Positions 43,632 to 53,921 of a stretch of 64,000 nt of DNA are shown here, one piece after another. The translations under genes and the position numbers were made by a program. Each line of letters begins with the position of its first letter. Position 1 is the stretch's first letter. Source of the DNA: a virus; IMG/VR virus record IMGVR_UViG_3300025112_000005, positions 16,206 through 80,205 of that record, one strand, 5' to 3'. The notes beneath the pieces are model-generated. The model was not told the origin of the DNA and searched no databases. It worked only from the letters and a program-made list of their open reading frames with translations.

Positions 43632-44609
43632 GTGCCTGAGTGCAGGGTCACAGAAATTCTGACGACCCAGCGTCTCAAGGACACCACGCTACTCGGCGTG
43701 GACCTGACGCTGGACGACGGGACCGCCTACCCCGATGCTCAATTCGCCCAGGCAATCGACCACGCCATCGCGACGGTTCAAAACGAGCTGGGGCTGACCC
43801 TCGACCAGTTCACGGTCGAGGAGGAACGGCACGACATCTACGCGCCCGACCGAGCGGCGTGGTGGCCTTTTCGGATGGACGACCGCCCCGTGCGCAAGAT
43901 CACGGGGATGCGGCTTCGCTACGGGTCGTTCCCGGCTGTCGAGTTTCCGCTGAGCTGGATCCAGCTCATCGCGCCCATGTACGGGCAGCTCCACATCATG
44001 CCCAGCGAAGAGGCGCTCGGTAGTTACATCATCCGTGCCGGCATCCCGATGATCGCCGGGGACGTGCTCCAGACCAACGACTACATCCCGGGGTACTTCG
44101 CGTTCGACTACGAATGCGGCTTCACGTGCTTCACGGGGACGTTGTCGATCCCCGACGGGGCGACGGAGGCCACGTTCACGTTTCCGGCCGACACGCCCAT
44201 GACCGACCGCTACCGTGTGGATCTGGCGCTGACGGACGCGCAGGGGGCCGCGGGGCTCCGGCTCAAGAAGCGCTCGCTGAAGGCGTTCACCGTCGAGGTG
44301 TCCACGGCCCCCGCGGGGGCGGCGGCCACCGTGACGTTCACGGCGGACAGCATCCCCGACGACATCAAGCAACTGGTCTTGATCATCGCCGCGATGATGC
44401 CGCTGGCGGTCGCGGGTGACCTGATCGTGGGCGCCGGCATCGCGTCGATCAGTACGTCGATGGACGGGCTGTCGCAGAACATCAACACCACGGCCAGCGC
44501 TACGAACAGCGGTTACGGCGCTCGGATCTTGGAGCTGCGGAAGCAAGCCGACGCGCTGCTGCCAGCGCTGCGCGCGCGGTACCGGATGCCCAGCACTGCG
44601 ATGATCTGA
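43632..44609 (+). CDS. Head-tail adaptor (neck) protein
   Basis: GAGIASISTSMDGLSQ...TASATNSGYGARI; position after capsid. Confidence 0.8.
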   Translation: MPECRVTEILTTQRLKDTTLLGVDLTLDDGTAYPDAQFAQAIDHAIATVQNELGLTLDQFTVEEERHDIYAPDRAAWWPFRMDDRPVRKITGMRLRYGSFPAVEFPLSWIQLIAPMYGQLHIMPSEEALGSYIIRAGIPMIAGDVLQTNDYIPGYFAFDYECGFTCFTGTLSIPDGATEATFTFPADTPMTDRYRVDLALTDAQGAAGLRLKKRSLKAFTVEVSTAPAGAAATVTFTADSIPDDIKQLVLIIAAMMPLAVAGDLIVGAGIASISTSMDGLSQNINTTASATNSGYGARILELRKQADALLPALRARYRMPSTAMI

Positions 44610-45448
44610 TGCCGGTCCTTCCCTCATTCTTCCCCGTCAAGCTGGTGCCCCGCGCCGACATGCTGGGGAAGCACTTCCGCAAGATGATCGCGCAGAAGGG
44701 GCTGCACCTGTCGTGGGAGCACGCGACGGAGTGCCCCTGCGAGCGGCGGACGGTCGACATGGGGCTGGCGCTGGACGCCGGCATGGGCGGCAACGTGGGG
44801 AGCACCCGGCAAGCTCGCGTGGACTGCCCGACGTGCGGCGGGCGGGGGTACCGCTATCACAGCACGCAGAACATCCGAGGAGTGGTTACGAGCGCGGCGC
44901 AGAACCCCGAGCGCTTCCGCTCGTATGGGGAGATGGCCCGGGGCATGATCAGCCTCACGGTCAACGCTGAGCACCGGCTGAACCTGGGCGACCGGCTGAC
45001 GCTGCGCGACGACCCCGACCTACCCGAGACCGAGGCGCCCGTGCAGCTCTACCGGGAGACGCACGTGTACGGGGGCGAGGACCCCAGCAGCACGCGCTAC
45101 CCCATCCACACGCGTACGCTGAAGCTCGCAGGGGGCGACGCCACGCACAACGTCATGGACCTGTACGTGACCGACGCCGCGGGCATCGCCCAGGCGGGCG
45201 GTGAGAAGACCGTGGGGGTCGACTTCACGGTGGACAACGGGCTCGTGGACTGGATCAACCCGCCCGCGGTCGGCGCGCGCTGGTCGATCAGCTACTACGG
45301 GCGGCCCGTTTATCTGGTGACGGACCTACCACACCCGTTTCGCGATACGCTGATCAAGACGAAGCTGCCCACGGTGACGTTCGAGTCGCTTCCGATCAAC
45401 GCCATGTGCGCGCTGGAGTTTCTGGTGCCTGGGAAGGTGACCGGATGA
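44609..45448 (+). CDS. Head completion/neck protein with a Zn motif
   Basis: CPC...CPTCGGRGY, typical of SPO1-like neck proteins. Confidence 0.78.
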   Translation: MPVLPSFFPVKLVPRADMLGKHFRKMIAQKGLHLSWEHATECPCERRTVDMGLALDAGMGGNVGSTRQARVDCPTCGGRGYRYHSTQNIRGVVTSAAQNPERFRSYGEMARGMISLTVNAEHRLNLGDRLTLRDDPDLPETEAPVQLYRETHVYGGEDPSSTRYPIHTRTLKLAGGDATHNVMDLYVTDAAGIAQAGGEKTVGVDFTVDNGLVDWINPPAVGARWSISYYGRPVYLVTDLPHPFRDTLIKTKLPTVTFESLPINAMCALEFLVPGKVTG

Positions 45449-46194
45449 CGTTCGAGGATCTGCTGAAGGGCGCAACGCGCGAGAAGATGCAGGCGCTTGC
45501 CCAGGTCATTGCGGCTGAGTGGGCGGCGGAGGCGCGCGGGCAGCTCCGGCGCACGGCCGGCTCCTACCTCAAGAGCATCGGCATCCGTGAGGTGACCGCG
45601 GATCGTCTGGTGGTGGCGCTCCCCGGGCCGGGCGTGGAGGGCAAGGTGGCCACCCAGGCGCGGATCGTGGAGTTCGGCATGGGGCCGGGCGGCATCGGTA
45701 CGCAGGGATCCTACGACGTGCGGAAGTTCCTGCTGCGTGCACCAACGGACGGCAGGCGCTCCGCTCTCCGGTGGGGCAAGAACGGCCCCTATATGAACGT
45801 GCCGTTCACGCGGCGCGGCGCCACGTCAGAGACCCCGGGACCGCTCGAAATCGAGCGGCTCGGAGGGCGGCGGGCGCTGGCGGCGGCTCGGAAGCTGGGC
45901 GCACGAGTCACGGACCCCGCGACGAAGAAGCTGCTGCAAGGCGGCGGGCGGCTGGGTGCCGGCATGGCGCCGAAGATGCGCGCACACCACGTGTCCGACC
46001 CCCTGGCCGGGCTGGTGCGCGAGGCGAGTACGTACAGCGGGGGCAAGTGGCAGACGAGCGGCTACAAGGTGTGGCGCCGGGCGAGCTGGGCCAACCGGCA
46101 CCCGCTGGCGTGGCTGTCGAGCGGGGGAAAGGCCCGGCACATCGCGCGCCGCGTCCGCGGGAAGCTCCCCGACCTGATCCGCGAGGTGTTCTAG
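45445..46194 (+). CDS. Neck/tail-completion protein
   Basis: Position; VEFG...YDVRK..L, YMNVPF. Confidence 0.65.
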   Translation: MTFEDLLKGATREKMQALAQVIAAEWAAEARGQLRRTAGSYLKSIGIREVTADRLVVALPGPGVEGKVATQARIVEFGMGPGGIGTQGSYDVRKFLLRAPTDGRRSALRWGKNGPYMNVPFTRRGATSETPGPLEIERLGGRRALAAARKLGARVTDPATKKLLQGGGRLGAGMAPKMRAHHVSDPLAGLVREASTYSGGKWQTSGYKVWRRASWANRHPLAWLSSGGKARHIARRVRGKLPDLIREVF

Positions 46195-46857
46195 GTGCTG
46201 CTGGACATGCACATGGTCCACGCGGTCCTGAACGGGTGGACGGTCTACCGCGACTCGTTGGTGGCCTTCCGCGGGCTGTTCCCCACGTTGGGGGACGCCG
46301 TGACGTTGCGCTGGCACACGCTGCTGGTCGATGAACCCCCTGCGGTTCGCTCCGCGTTCGCGCCCGGGACCCCCGAGGGGTTGCCGCTGGTGACGATCGA
46401 GCTGACCGGGGAGAGCGTCGAGAACCGCGCGATGAGCAACCGGCTGGGGACGACCAGCACCCCCCAGCATGAGCTGGGCTTTGGCGTCCGGCAGACGACC
46501 GAAGTCACCATCATGTCCAAGCGCGACGAGACGCTGCGCGCGCTGGCAGTGATCGTGCGCGCGGTGCTGCTCCGAGCGGTTCCTAGCTTTCAACGCTCGG
46601 ACTACGAGGATCTGCGCTACGAGGGGATGGGCGAGCTGTCTCTAGACGAGATGCTGGTCGCCGAGGAACTGGGCGTGTCGGTCATTCGGCTGCGCTACTC
46701 CGCGCAGAGCAGCGTGGTTGTGCTGGATCCGCCAACCGGCGCACTCACGAGCAAGCCGTGGTTCGTCCAGCTCGATGACGTGGTAGAAGCCCCAGGAGAC
46801 CCCGCACCCGCGACGGGGGCAGGCACCCCGGGCGGCGTGACCCCGGACAACGATTGA
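46195..46857 (+). CDS. Tail terminator-like protein
   Basis: Immediately upstream of the sheath gene. Confidence 0.6.
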   Translation: MLLDMHMVHAVLNGWTVYRDSLVAFRGLFPTLGDAVTLRWHTLLVDEPPAVRSAFAPGTPEGLPLVTIELTGESVENRAMSNRLGTTSTPQHELGFGVRQTTEVTIMSKRDETLRALAVIVRAVLLRAVPSFQRSDYEDLRYEGMGELSLDEMLVAEELGVSVIRLRYSAQSSVVVLDPPTGALTSKPWFVQLDDVVEAPGDPAPATGAGTPGGVTPDND

Positions 46858-46889
46858 GGTACTCTCACCGCGTACACGGAGTGTAGCGA

Positions 46890-48848
46890 ATGCCCAGCAG
46901 CTTCAAGCTCAACGGTCGCACCATCTACCGCCCCGGTGTCTACGGCAACGTGGACGTGTCGGCGTTGGGGGGGAAGGGCACGGCCACCGGCAACGTCGCA
47001 CTGGTGGCGGATCTGCCCGGCTTCAAGAAGGCCACCCCGCTGTCGTTCAATGGACAGCGCGGGTTTACAGGCTACGACCCCGCCGACGACGAGCTGGCGC
47101 TGTTGGCGTCACTCGCGTTCAACCCCGCCGCGGACGACGCGATCCCGGGCGGCGCCAACACCCTGACCATCGTGTCCGCCAACGACCCCACCCAGGCGTT
47201 CGTCAACGTGGACGACGTGGGCGCGGCCGTGGCGATGACGATCAAGAGCAAGGTGTGGGGCAAGGCCGGTAACCGGGTCAACTACGATCTGCTCAAGGCC
47301 GCGGACGTGCACACGTTCCAGTTCGTGCGCGACGGCATCAGCGAGGAGTTCGTGATGACGATCCCCAAGATGGGGACGATCATCTACGACGGCGGCGTGT
47401 TGACCACGGCCGTGGTCGAGCGCACGCCTTCACAGCTCCGGTACGAGTGGACGCGCAACCTGGGCGCGGTGCACCCCATCGCAGAGGCGACGGATTGGGA
47501 CCACGCGCCGACCGAAGGCGTCGTGACCGTGACCATCGACCAGCTTCCCGCAATGGGGATGACCCTCACGGTCACCACCACGGGGACGGACTTGGCGGGG
47601 GCCGCTCAGAACGAAGCGCTGGCGTTCACCGACGGTGATCCGCTGACAAAGACCACGACCGCCAGCTTCGGGTCCATCACCAAGGTGGCCAGCTTGCTGG
47701 ACGGGGGCGCGGCGAACCCGAACGTCACCGTGGGCTGCAACAGCGGCAAGATCATCAGCAACACCGGCCGAAAGCTGTCCGGCGTGCTGACCGAGATGGG
47801 GAACCTGGGCGGCGTCACGGTCACGACCGACGACCCCCAGGCCGGATCGCTCGACGCGGCCGACGCGGACTGCACCGCTGGCGAGGTCAGCGTGCTGGCG
47901 TCCTACGAGGTACGCGCAGACTCGGCGCTGATCGTGCGGGGGCTCGCGGCGTCACAGCTCGTAGAGGCGGCGCGCGGCGCGAGCTGCGAGGCGATGGACC
48001 TGGGCGTGCAGCTCAAGGGCAACTTCGGCGGCGGCTCCGACACCGCTCCCGTGGGCACGGCTCCCTGGCAGGCGGCGCTGGACGCCATCCTCGACAAGAA
48101 CATCCAGATCGTGATCGTGCTGTCCACGGACACCGCGGTGCACGCGCTGCTGGCCAAGCACTGCAACGACGCGGCGCTTCAGGGCTACGAGCGAAATTGT
48201 TGGGTCGGCGGGGTCGGCTCGCAGACGAAGGCCCAGGTGAACACGGAGACAGCGGCGCTCAACACGCGCTACGTGTCCGCCGTCTTCGACCAGATCGAGG
48301 TTGACCACCCCAACGGTTCGACGCCGACGCTGGAGCCGTCGTATTTCGCGCTGATCTGCGCGTGTATGCAGGCGGGCTCCCCCGTCGCGTGGCCCCTGAC
48401 GCACAACCGCCCGCGTATCCGCGACGCCTTCCAGACGTGGTCGCCCAACCTGGACGCTGACGAGATGATCGCCCAGGGCGTCTGTATGCTCACGCAGGAC
48501 ACGCTGGGCTGGCGCATCGAGCGGTCGGTTACGACCTACCGGACGGATGACAACCCGATTCTGTCCGAGACGAGCGCCTGGGAATCCGTCCAAACCTGCG
48601 TGCGCGACCTGCGCAGCAAGCTGATCGGGAAGGTCGGTAACCCCGGGGTGGCCGGGACGCGCGGCAAGGTGTTGTCCGCATCGCTCGACCGGCTGGACGA
48701 GCAGGTCAAGCTGGGGTGGATCAAGGCGCACCAGAACGTGGACGTGGAAGACCTGGGCGACCGCTTCCGCCTGACGGGCGAAATCGCGCCCGTCGAGCCC
48801 ACCAACTTCTTCGACATCGCGTTGTCCGCGGTGCGGATCCCGGGGTGA
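46890..48848 (+). CDS. Tail sheath protein
   Basis: RPGVY N-terminus, WGKAGN, C-terminal RSVTTY...PVEPTNF. Confidence 0.93.
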   Translation: MPSSFKLNGRTIYRPGVYGNVDVSALGGKGTATGNVALVADLPGFKKATPLSFNGQRGFTGYDPADDELALLASLAFNPAADDAIPGGANTLTIVSANDPTQAFVNVDDVGAAVAMTIKSKVWGKAGNRVNYDLLKAADVHTFQFVRDGISEEFVMTIPKMGTIIYDGGVLTTAVVERTPSQLRYEWTRNLGAVHPIAEATDWDHAPTEGVVTVTIDQLPAMGMTLTVTTTGTDLAGAAQNEALAFTDGDPLTKTTTASFGSITKVASLLDGGAANPNVTVGCNSGKIISNTGRKLSGVLTEMGNLGGVTVTTDDPQAGSLDAADADCTAGEVSVLASYEVRADSALIVRGLAASQLVEAARGASCEAMDLGVQLKGNFGGGSDTAPVGTAPWQAALDAILDKNIQIVIVLSTDTAVHALLAKHCNDAALQGYERNCWVGGVGSQTKAQVNTETAALNTRYVSAVFDQIEVDHPNGSTPTLEPSYFALICACMQAGSPVAWPLTHNRPRIRDAFQTWSPNLDADEMIAQGVCMLTQDTLGWRIERSVTTYRTDDNPILSETSAWESVQTCVRDLRSKLIGKVGNPGVAGTRGKVLSASLDRLDEQVKLGWIKAHQNVDVEDLGDRFRLTGEIAPVEPTNFFDIALSAVRIPG

Positions 48849-48853
48849 TGTAG

Positions 48854-49276
48854 ATGGCGACTCGTGCAATCAGCGGCTCCAGGGCGAAGCTGTTCCTGAA
48901 CGACGAAGAAGTAGGCTTCGCGGTCAACGTCTCCGGCACCGAGACGCAGATGCTCCAGCGCGTGGACGCGATGGGGGATGCGTACTCAAAGGAGATTGTG
49001 GCCGTGCGGCGTGTGGCCAGCTTCAACGCGGCGCACGTGCGCATCAAGCGCGGCTCGCTGAAGGCGCTCAGAGCGATGGCGCGTGGTTCGACCACCAACA
49101 TCCTGAACTTCCCGCCCCTGACTGCGATCCTCTACGACGACCTGGAAGATGAGCCCATCGAGAAGATCACCGGCTGCGTCTGCGAGCAGCGAAGCTGGTC
49201 GGTCGATGCCGCGGGCATCCTCAACGAGAACGTGTCTTTCCAGGCGATCCGACTCATGGACGAAGACGAGCAGTAA
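48854..49276 (+). CDS. Tail tube protein
   Basis: 140 aa directly after the sheath; SGSRAKL...ENVSFQAI. Confidence 0.88.
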   Translation: MATRAISGSRAKLFLNDEEVGFAVNVSGTETQMLQRVDAMGDAYSKEIVAVRRVASFNAAHVRIKRGSLKALRAMARGSTTNILNFPPLTAILYDDLEDEPIEKITGCVCEQRSWSVDAAGILNENVSFQAIRLMDEDEQ

Positions 49277-49285
49277 GGGGGCGCT

Positions 49286-49726
49286 GTGGGGGCTGCTGAT
49301 ACCTTGGACCTGCGCGCAGCGGCGCGCGCTACCGACCCTGCGCACGAAGACGACGCCCCTCTGGTACCGCGCGAGCGCGTCGCAAACATCGCGTACCACG
49401 AGAAGCGCGCAGCCGTGGTGCTGCGGGCACCCGACGGTGCACAGCGCACACATGCCGACCGACTGGCGGCGACCCTGGCAGGTGTCCCCTGGGCGCAGCT
49501 CTCCCCGCTGGCGCAGGCGCGCTTTCAGTCGCTTGCGATCTTCGCGGTGTGCATCAGCAAGACGCCTGACTGGCTCGATGCTGCGGCGCAGGAAGACGAC
49601 GAACTGCTGTTCGCATTGGCGGGGGCTGCGGAGGCCCACGCCCTGGCCTACTTTCTCCGAGACGATGGATCGGGTGGGGCGGCTGAGAAACCTCCGCGGG
49701 TGGTGGTGGCGCTCGCAGACGCCTGA
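49286..49726 (+). CDS. Tail assembly chaperone
   Basis: Between tube and tape measure; TPDW motif. Confidence 0.75.
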   Translation: MGAADTLDLRAAARATDPAHEDDAPLVPRERVANIAYHEKRAAVVLRAPDGAQRTHADRLAATLAGVPWAQLSPLAQARFQSLAIFAVCISKTPDWLDAAAQEDDELLFALAGAAEAHALAYFLRDDGSGGAAEKPPRVVVALADA

Positions 49727-49898
49727 TCCGGCGCTTGCCGGAGCTGTTGAGTTTGAGCGGGTGCTGATGGCACTCGACCCCGATGCTTGGGCAAAACTGA
49801 GCGGGCCGACGCGCGACGACGCCGGCCGGCTGGTCACGGGTGATCCGGTCGTGGACGCGTGGGAGCGCGAAGCGTGGGAGGAAGCCGCCCGTGAGTAG
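49653..49898 (+). CDS. Chaperone C-terminal extension in the +1 frame (frameshift product or separate ORF from ATG 49665)
   Basis: Overlapping +1-frame ORF ending VTGDPVVDAWERE; stop overlaps the tape measure start. Confidence 0.55.
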   Translation, partial: FSETMDRVGRLRNLRGWWWRSQTPDPALAGAVEFERVLMALDPDAWAKLSGPTRDDAGRLVTGDPVVDAWEREAWEEAARE

Positions 49899-51642
49899 CG
49901 AAAAGCATACAACCGAAATCGAGGTCAACATCACCACGGCGTCCGCCGAGGCGGCGGTCGAGCGGGTGTTGGCCAAGCTCAACAAGGCGGCAAACGTAGC
50001 GGACGGGCTTGGCATCGGCGACGGCGGCCCCCAGGGGTCCCAGGGGACCAGCTCCGCAGGCTCGCGCACCACCACCAGCTCCGCGCGCCCTGCACTGCCC
50101 CACGGGGCGCCCGCGGGCAGCTCAACGACCAGCTCCGCGGGGGCAGGAGCGCTCCCCACGCTCCCTGGGGGCGGAAGCGGCGGGGGCGGCGGCGGCGGGG
50201 GCGGCGGTGGGCAGTACGGACCCGCGCGACCAGACACGGGTCGAGGTAGCAGGGAACAAGAGCGCTGGAACGAACAGCGTGAGCGTGCGATCCGGCGCCG
50301 GGAGTGGGAGGCGTCCAAGGTGCCCCCCGCGGAGCCCCCCCCGCCGCAGCACTTGGTACGCGACGCGGCCATGCAGCAGGCGCAGGGCGGTGCAGTGGGC
50401 GCCGTCGGGGCGCTTGCAACGGCATCGTCCGGGGCGGCCGGGATGCTCACCGTAGGGGCAGGCGCGGCGCGGGGCGCCGGGAAGGCCGCTGGGGCTATCG
50501 GCAAGGCCGAAGGCACCCCCCTTTTCAAGCGCCTGGGCATGGCGGGCATGGCTCTTGGGGGGCTCAGCGGCGCGGGGATGGCGCTGGGTGCGGCAAGCTA
50601 CGGCGCTCGTATGGGCGCGATTGGCGAGCGTGCGGGGCTAGAGGAAGGGGAGTTGCAAGCGTTGCGAATGGGCGGAGGTGGTGTGCCCCGCAACTACTAC
50701 AACGTGATGTCGGATACCTGGGGCGCGGACCCCCAAGAGGCGCTTCAGATGATGGTCCAGGGGACCAGCGCCGTGGGGATGCGGCAGTGGGGGGGCACCA
50801 AAGCCCGCACCTTGGTCAACACGATGTTTGCAGCAAAACGTAGCGGCATGAGCCCCGGTAGTATCTCCAGTATGGCAGCTACTTACGGCGCTGGGGGCGG
50901 GTCGTTGAAGGGGTTGAATGCGCTCGGTGAACTGGATCGGATGACCCTCGGGCTTACGGAGTCGATGGACATTTCAGGAAGCCGCGCCGACGAGGTGCTC
51001 TCCGCCTTGGTGGGGGCTATTGGAGCCCGCGCAGGTAGCGGGCGCATGGCCGACAGCAACAAAATGGCGGCGTTCACCTTGGGGCTCCACAAGACCGGAA
51101 TCTCAGAGGTCAGAGGCACGGGGGCGGCTCGTGCGACTGCCCGCATGATGGGGTACGGCACCAGCGCGGCGCAGTCGTTCGGCTCCAACTTCGCGGGGCT
51201 GGGGCAGGCGGCGTTGCTCGCCGAGGCGTTTCAGGGCGGGGGGTCCATCGAGCAGATCATGGCGCGGCTGGACGAGCAGGGGCAGAGCCCCCAGGCGGTG
51301 CGGCAGGCGTACCGGAACCAGCTCGGCGGGGCAGCGAAATATGCGCTGTACGGCGAAGGCGAGTCTGCGCGGAGTGCTCGGGGCATCTTGGCGGCAGATC
51401 CGACTGAGCCGTCGAGAGCCTGGGCGCCTTCGCTCGTGGAGCCGGGCGACCTGATGTCTCTTCGTCGCGCACAGGCACGGCGGGCGGCACGGCGGGTGGA
51501 CGGGGTGGATGTAGCCCAGGGCGTGCAGTTGATCGGAATCGCAGAGGACATGGAGGCGGCGCTGATGGCGGTTACGCGTGGTCCCGCGGGGCAAAAATTC
51601 ACTGAGATCATGGAGCGTATCGCCCGGTACTTGGCCCCGTGA
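49891..51642 (+). CDS. Tape measure protein (short)
   Basis: Position; Gly/Ala-rich helical sequence. Confidence 0.75.
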   Translation: MSSEKHTTEIEVNITTASAEAAVERVLAKLNKAANVADGLGIGDGGPQGSQGTSSAGSRTTTSSARPALPHGAPAGSSTTSSAGAGALPTLPGGGSGGGGGGGGGGGQYGPARPDTGRGSREQERWNEQRERAIRRREWEASKVPPAEPPPPQHLVRDAAMQQAQGGAVGAVGALATASSGAAGMLTVGAGAARGAGKAAGAIGKAEGTPLFKRLGMAGMALGGLSGAGMALGAASYGARMGAIGERAGLEEGELQALRMGGGGVPRNYYNVMSDTWGADPQEALQMMVQGTSAVGMRQWGGTKARTLVNTMFAAKRSGMSPGSISSMAATYGAGGGSLKGLNALGELDRMTLGLTESMDISGSRADEVLSALVGAIGARAGSGRMADSNKMAAFTLGLHKTGISEVRGTGAARATARMMGYGTSAAQSFGSNFAGLGQAALLAEAFQGGGSIEQIMARLDEQGQSPQAVRQAYRNQLGGAAKYALYGEGESARSARGILAADPTEPSRAWAPSLVEPGDLMSLRRAQARRAARRVDGVDVAQGVQLIGIAEDMEAALMAVTRGPAGQKFTEIMERIARYLAP

Positions 51643-53123
51643 CGGCGCGGCGTAGTCCCCTACGTGCTGAAATCCACACGTACGATGGGGTCGAGGATAT
51701 CACCGGGTGGGTGGGTAGCCTCTCGTACACCAACAGCACGACGGGGGGGACGGCGCAGGCGACGCTGCATATCCCGTTGCAGAGCTGGGGACGGATGGGG
51801 CGCAAGGTGCCCGTGCTCCCCGGGGCGTGGCTGGTGGTTCGTGATGCGGGGACGCACCAGACGCATTGGTGGGGGCGCATTGACGCCGTGTCGACGGGGC
51901 GCGAGGTAGCCGCGGGGAGCGCCCCGCACGGGGTGACGACCACACCCGTGAGCATTTCCGCGCAGACCTACGAACAGATGTTGGGCAACGCGCGTGTGAT
52001 CCTCGCCCCCGGGATGCGCGGGGCCGACGTTCCCGGCGCCGTGTACCAGTTCAAGAGCTGGGCGCCCCGGATGAAGGCGTGGATGCAGGCATTCGATACC
52101 AACCAGCCCGGGGAGCTACTGGCGAAGGTGTTCCGTGTGCTTGCCCAGCAGCCCCTTCCGCGCTCTCTGGGAGGCGAAACGCTCGGCGAGGCTGTCCCGG
52201 TTGCTTGGAACGAGGATCTGGCCCCTCCGGCGCTTGTGGACCGCTTCATCCCCGTCCCGGGGCTCGCTATCCAGGCGTTCGGCAACATGCTACCTCGCGG
52301 AACGATCTGGAGCATGATCCAGGGGACGTTCGGGGCGGACCCGCAGCTCGTGGAGCTGTTCCCCGGAAACTACCCCTTCCTGGGGGGCGCAGGGGCGGGG
52401 GCTTCGGTCGGAGGCGCTTCTACAGCGCTGGAGGAGGTGCTGGGCGTCCGCGTGCCCCTCGTGTACCGGATGGCACCGCTGCACGTAGACAAGGCGGTGT
52501 GGGGGGAAGGGGTTGTTGTTGCGGGACTGTTCGGGAAGACGCCCAGCGGCTTCGCGCAGCACCTTGACCAGTCGGACGTTGAAAACTGGACCGTGCGCTG
52601 GTCGGACAGCGACCGCAAAAACGGGTTCTATGCAGAGACCTACCTACAACCGCAATCGCAAATGGGCGCGTACGGGCTTCTGGGGACCCCGATCATCGAC
52701 GCTGAAGACGCGGAACGGCACGGGCTCCGGTTCTTTGAAGCCTCGTGGCCGTTCTTCCCCAGCGCGGGGGAAGAAGCCGCGGGGCAGAGCCTTCAGGCGT
52801 CCATCGACGCCGTAGTGGAGTACGCCGCGCACGCGCTCCAAAACAGTCACCTGAAGGGCGTCGGGTCGCTCACGTTGCGTCCCAACCCGTTCCTGCGCCC
52901 AGGTGGCTGGGTGACGGTTGACGTAGGCGCCGATGAGAGGTGGAGCTGCTACCTCAACAGCGTGACTTACCACGCCAGCGTTGCCGCGGAGGGGCTGCTG
53001 ACCACGGGGACGAGCGCTGAGTACATCCAGGGGATTTTCGGCACCACGGGCGAGGCCACCATGCAGCGCATGGACACGGTGGCGGGTGCCGCAGACGTGG
53101 ACTTCACGAAGGGCGTGGTTTGA
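51639..53123 (+). CDS. Baseplate hub-like protein
   Basis: Position; HGLRF and GSLTL...P.LRPG...YLNSVTY C-terminal pattern. Confidence 0.7.
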   Translation: MTARRSPLRAEIHTYDGVEDITGWVGSLSYTNSTTGGTAQATLHIPLQSWGRMGRKVPVLPGAWLVVRDAGTHQTHWWGRIDAVSTGREVAAGSAPHGVTTTPVSISAQTYEQMLGNARVILAPGMRGADVPGAVYQFKSWAPRMKAWMQAFDTNQPGELLAKVFRVLAQQPLPRSLGGETLGEAVPVAWNEDLAPPALVDRFIPVPGLAIQAFGNMLPRGTIWSMIQGTFGADPQLVELFPGNYPFLGGAGAGASVGGASTALEEVLGVRVPLVYRMAPLHVDKAVWGEGVVVAGLFGKTPSGFAQHLDQSDVENWTVRWSDSDRKNGFYAETYLQPQSQMGAYGLLGTPIIDAEDAERHGLRFFEASWPFFPSAGEEAAGQSLQASIDAVVEYAAHALQNSHLKGVGSLTLRPNPFLRPGGWVTVDVGADERWSCYLNSVTYHASVAAEGLLTTGTSAEYIQGIFGTTGEATMQRMDTVAGAADVDFTKGVV

Positions 53124-53920
53124 ACTTCAAGGGGTCCATTCGCTGGGCACGTGTGGAGCGCATGTACGTGCAGGGTGGCCAGCCCGTCGCGGACGTGGTG
53201 GACCGCTGGGGCGGCGTGTACCGCGCGGTGCGCTTCTTGGGGCTGGGCGGCGGCATCGGCAACTTTGGGTCCGCGGGTGCACGGGGCGTCGAGGCGGGCG
53301 ACAAGAGCGAGCTGGCTACGGACGGCGACGCGGCAGAGGTGGCGCTCGTCTTCCCCGAAACAACGAAGGCGGGGCGGGCTCAGAAGCCGTGGATCATCGC
53401 CAGCGCCATGCACCCCAGCGACGGCGCCAAGGTCACGTTGGAGACCGAAGCACCTGCGACGGGCTCGGACTACACCAAGCACCACGCCACGGATCACGTG
53501 ATCGGGCGCAAGACGGCGCGCGTGGTCGTCTCCGAGCTGGCGGGGGTGGCTGTGCAAGGGCTCGCGGGCCAGCCCGTGCGTGTACAGCTCGCGGGGTCGG
53601 ACAAGCTGCGTGTGAGCAGCGACGGCGAGGCGAACGAAACGGTCCTGCTGGGCGGCCGGCTGCGCGCGTTCTTGGACGCCCTGGTGGCGCGGCTGGAGCT
53701 GCAACGACTCGCGATCGTCACGCTGGAGAATTGGGCAAACACGGCGGTCACCCCGTCCACGGGGGAGCCCACGGCGTCTTTCGTGCAGGACTACAACGCG
53801 TGGGTAGCTGCGAACGCTGCGGGCGGCATCTACCTCGCCCCTGACGAGCCGTTCGTGGCCACGGCTGATACCATCGAGTCGGCGGTGGTCGCGATCAGCA
53901 GCAAGAGCAAGGGGGGCTGA
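53120..53920 (+). CDS. Baseplate spike (gpV/gp45-like) protein
   Basis: OB-fold-like N-terminus then beta-repeats, VLLG..L; after the hub. Confidence 0.65.
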   Translation: MNFKGSIRWARVERMYVQGGQPVADVVDRWGGVYRAVRFLGLGGGIGNFGSAGARGVEAGDKSELATDGDAAEVALVFPETTKAGRAQKPWIIASAMHPSDGAKVTLETEAPATGSDYTKHHATDHVIGRKTARVVVSELAGVAVQGLAGQPVRVQLAGSDKLRVSSDGEANETVLLGGRLRAFLDALVARLELQRLAIVTLENWANTAVTPSTGEPTASFVQDYNAWVAANAAGGIYLAPDEPFVATADTIESAVVAISSKSKGG

Positions 53921-53921
53921 G

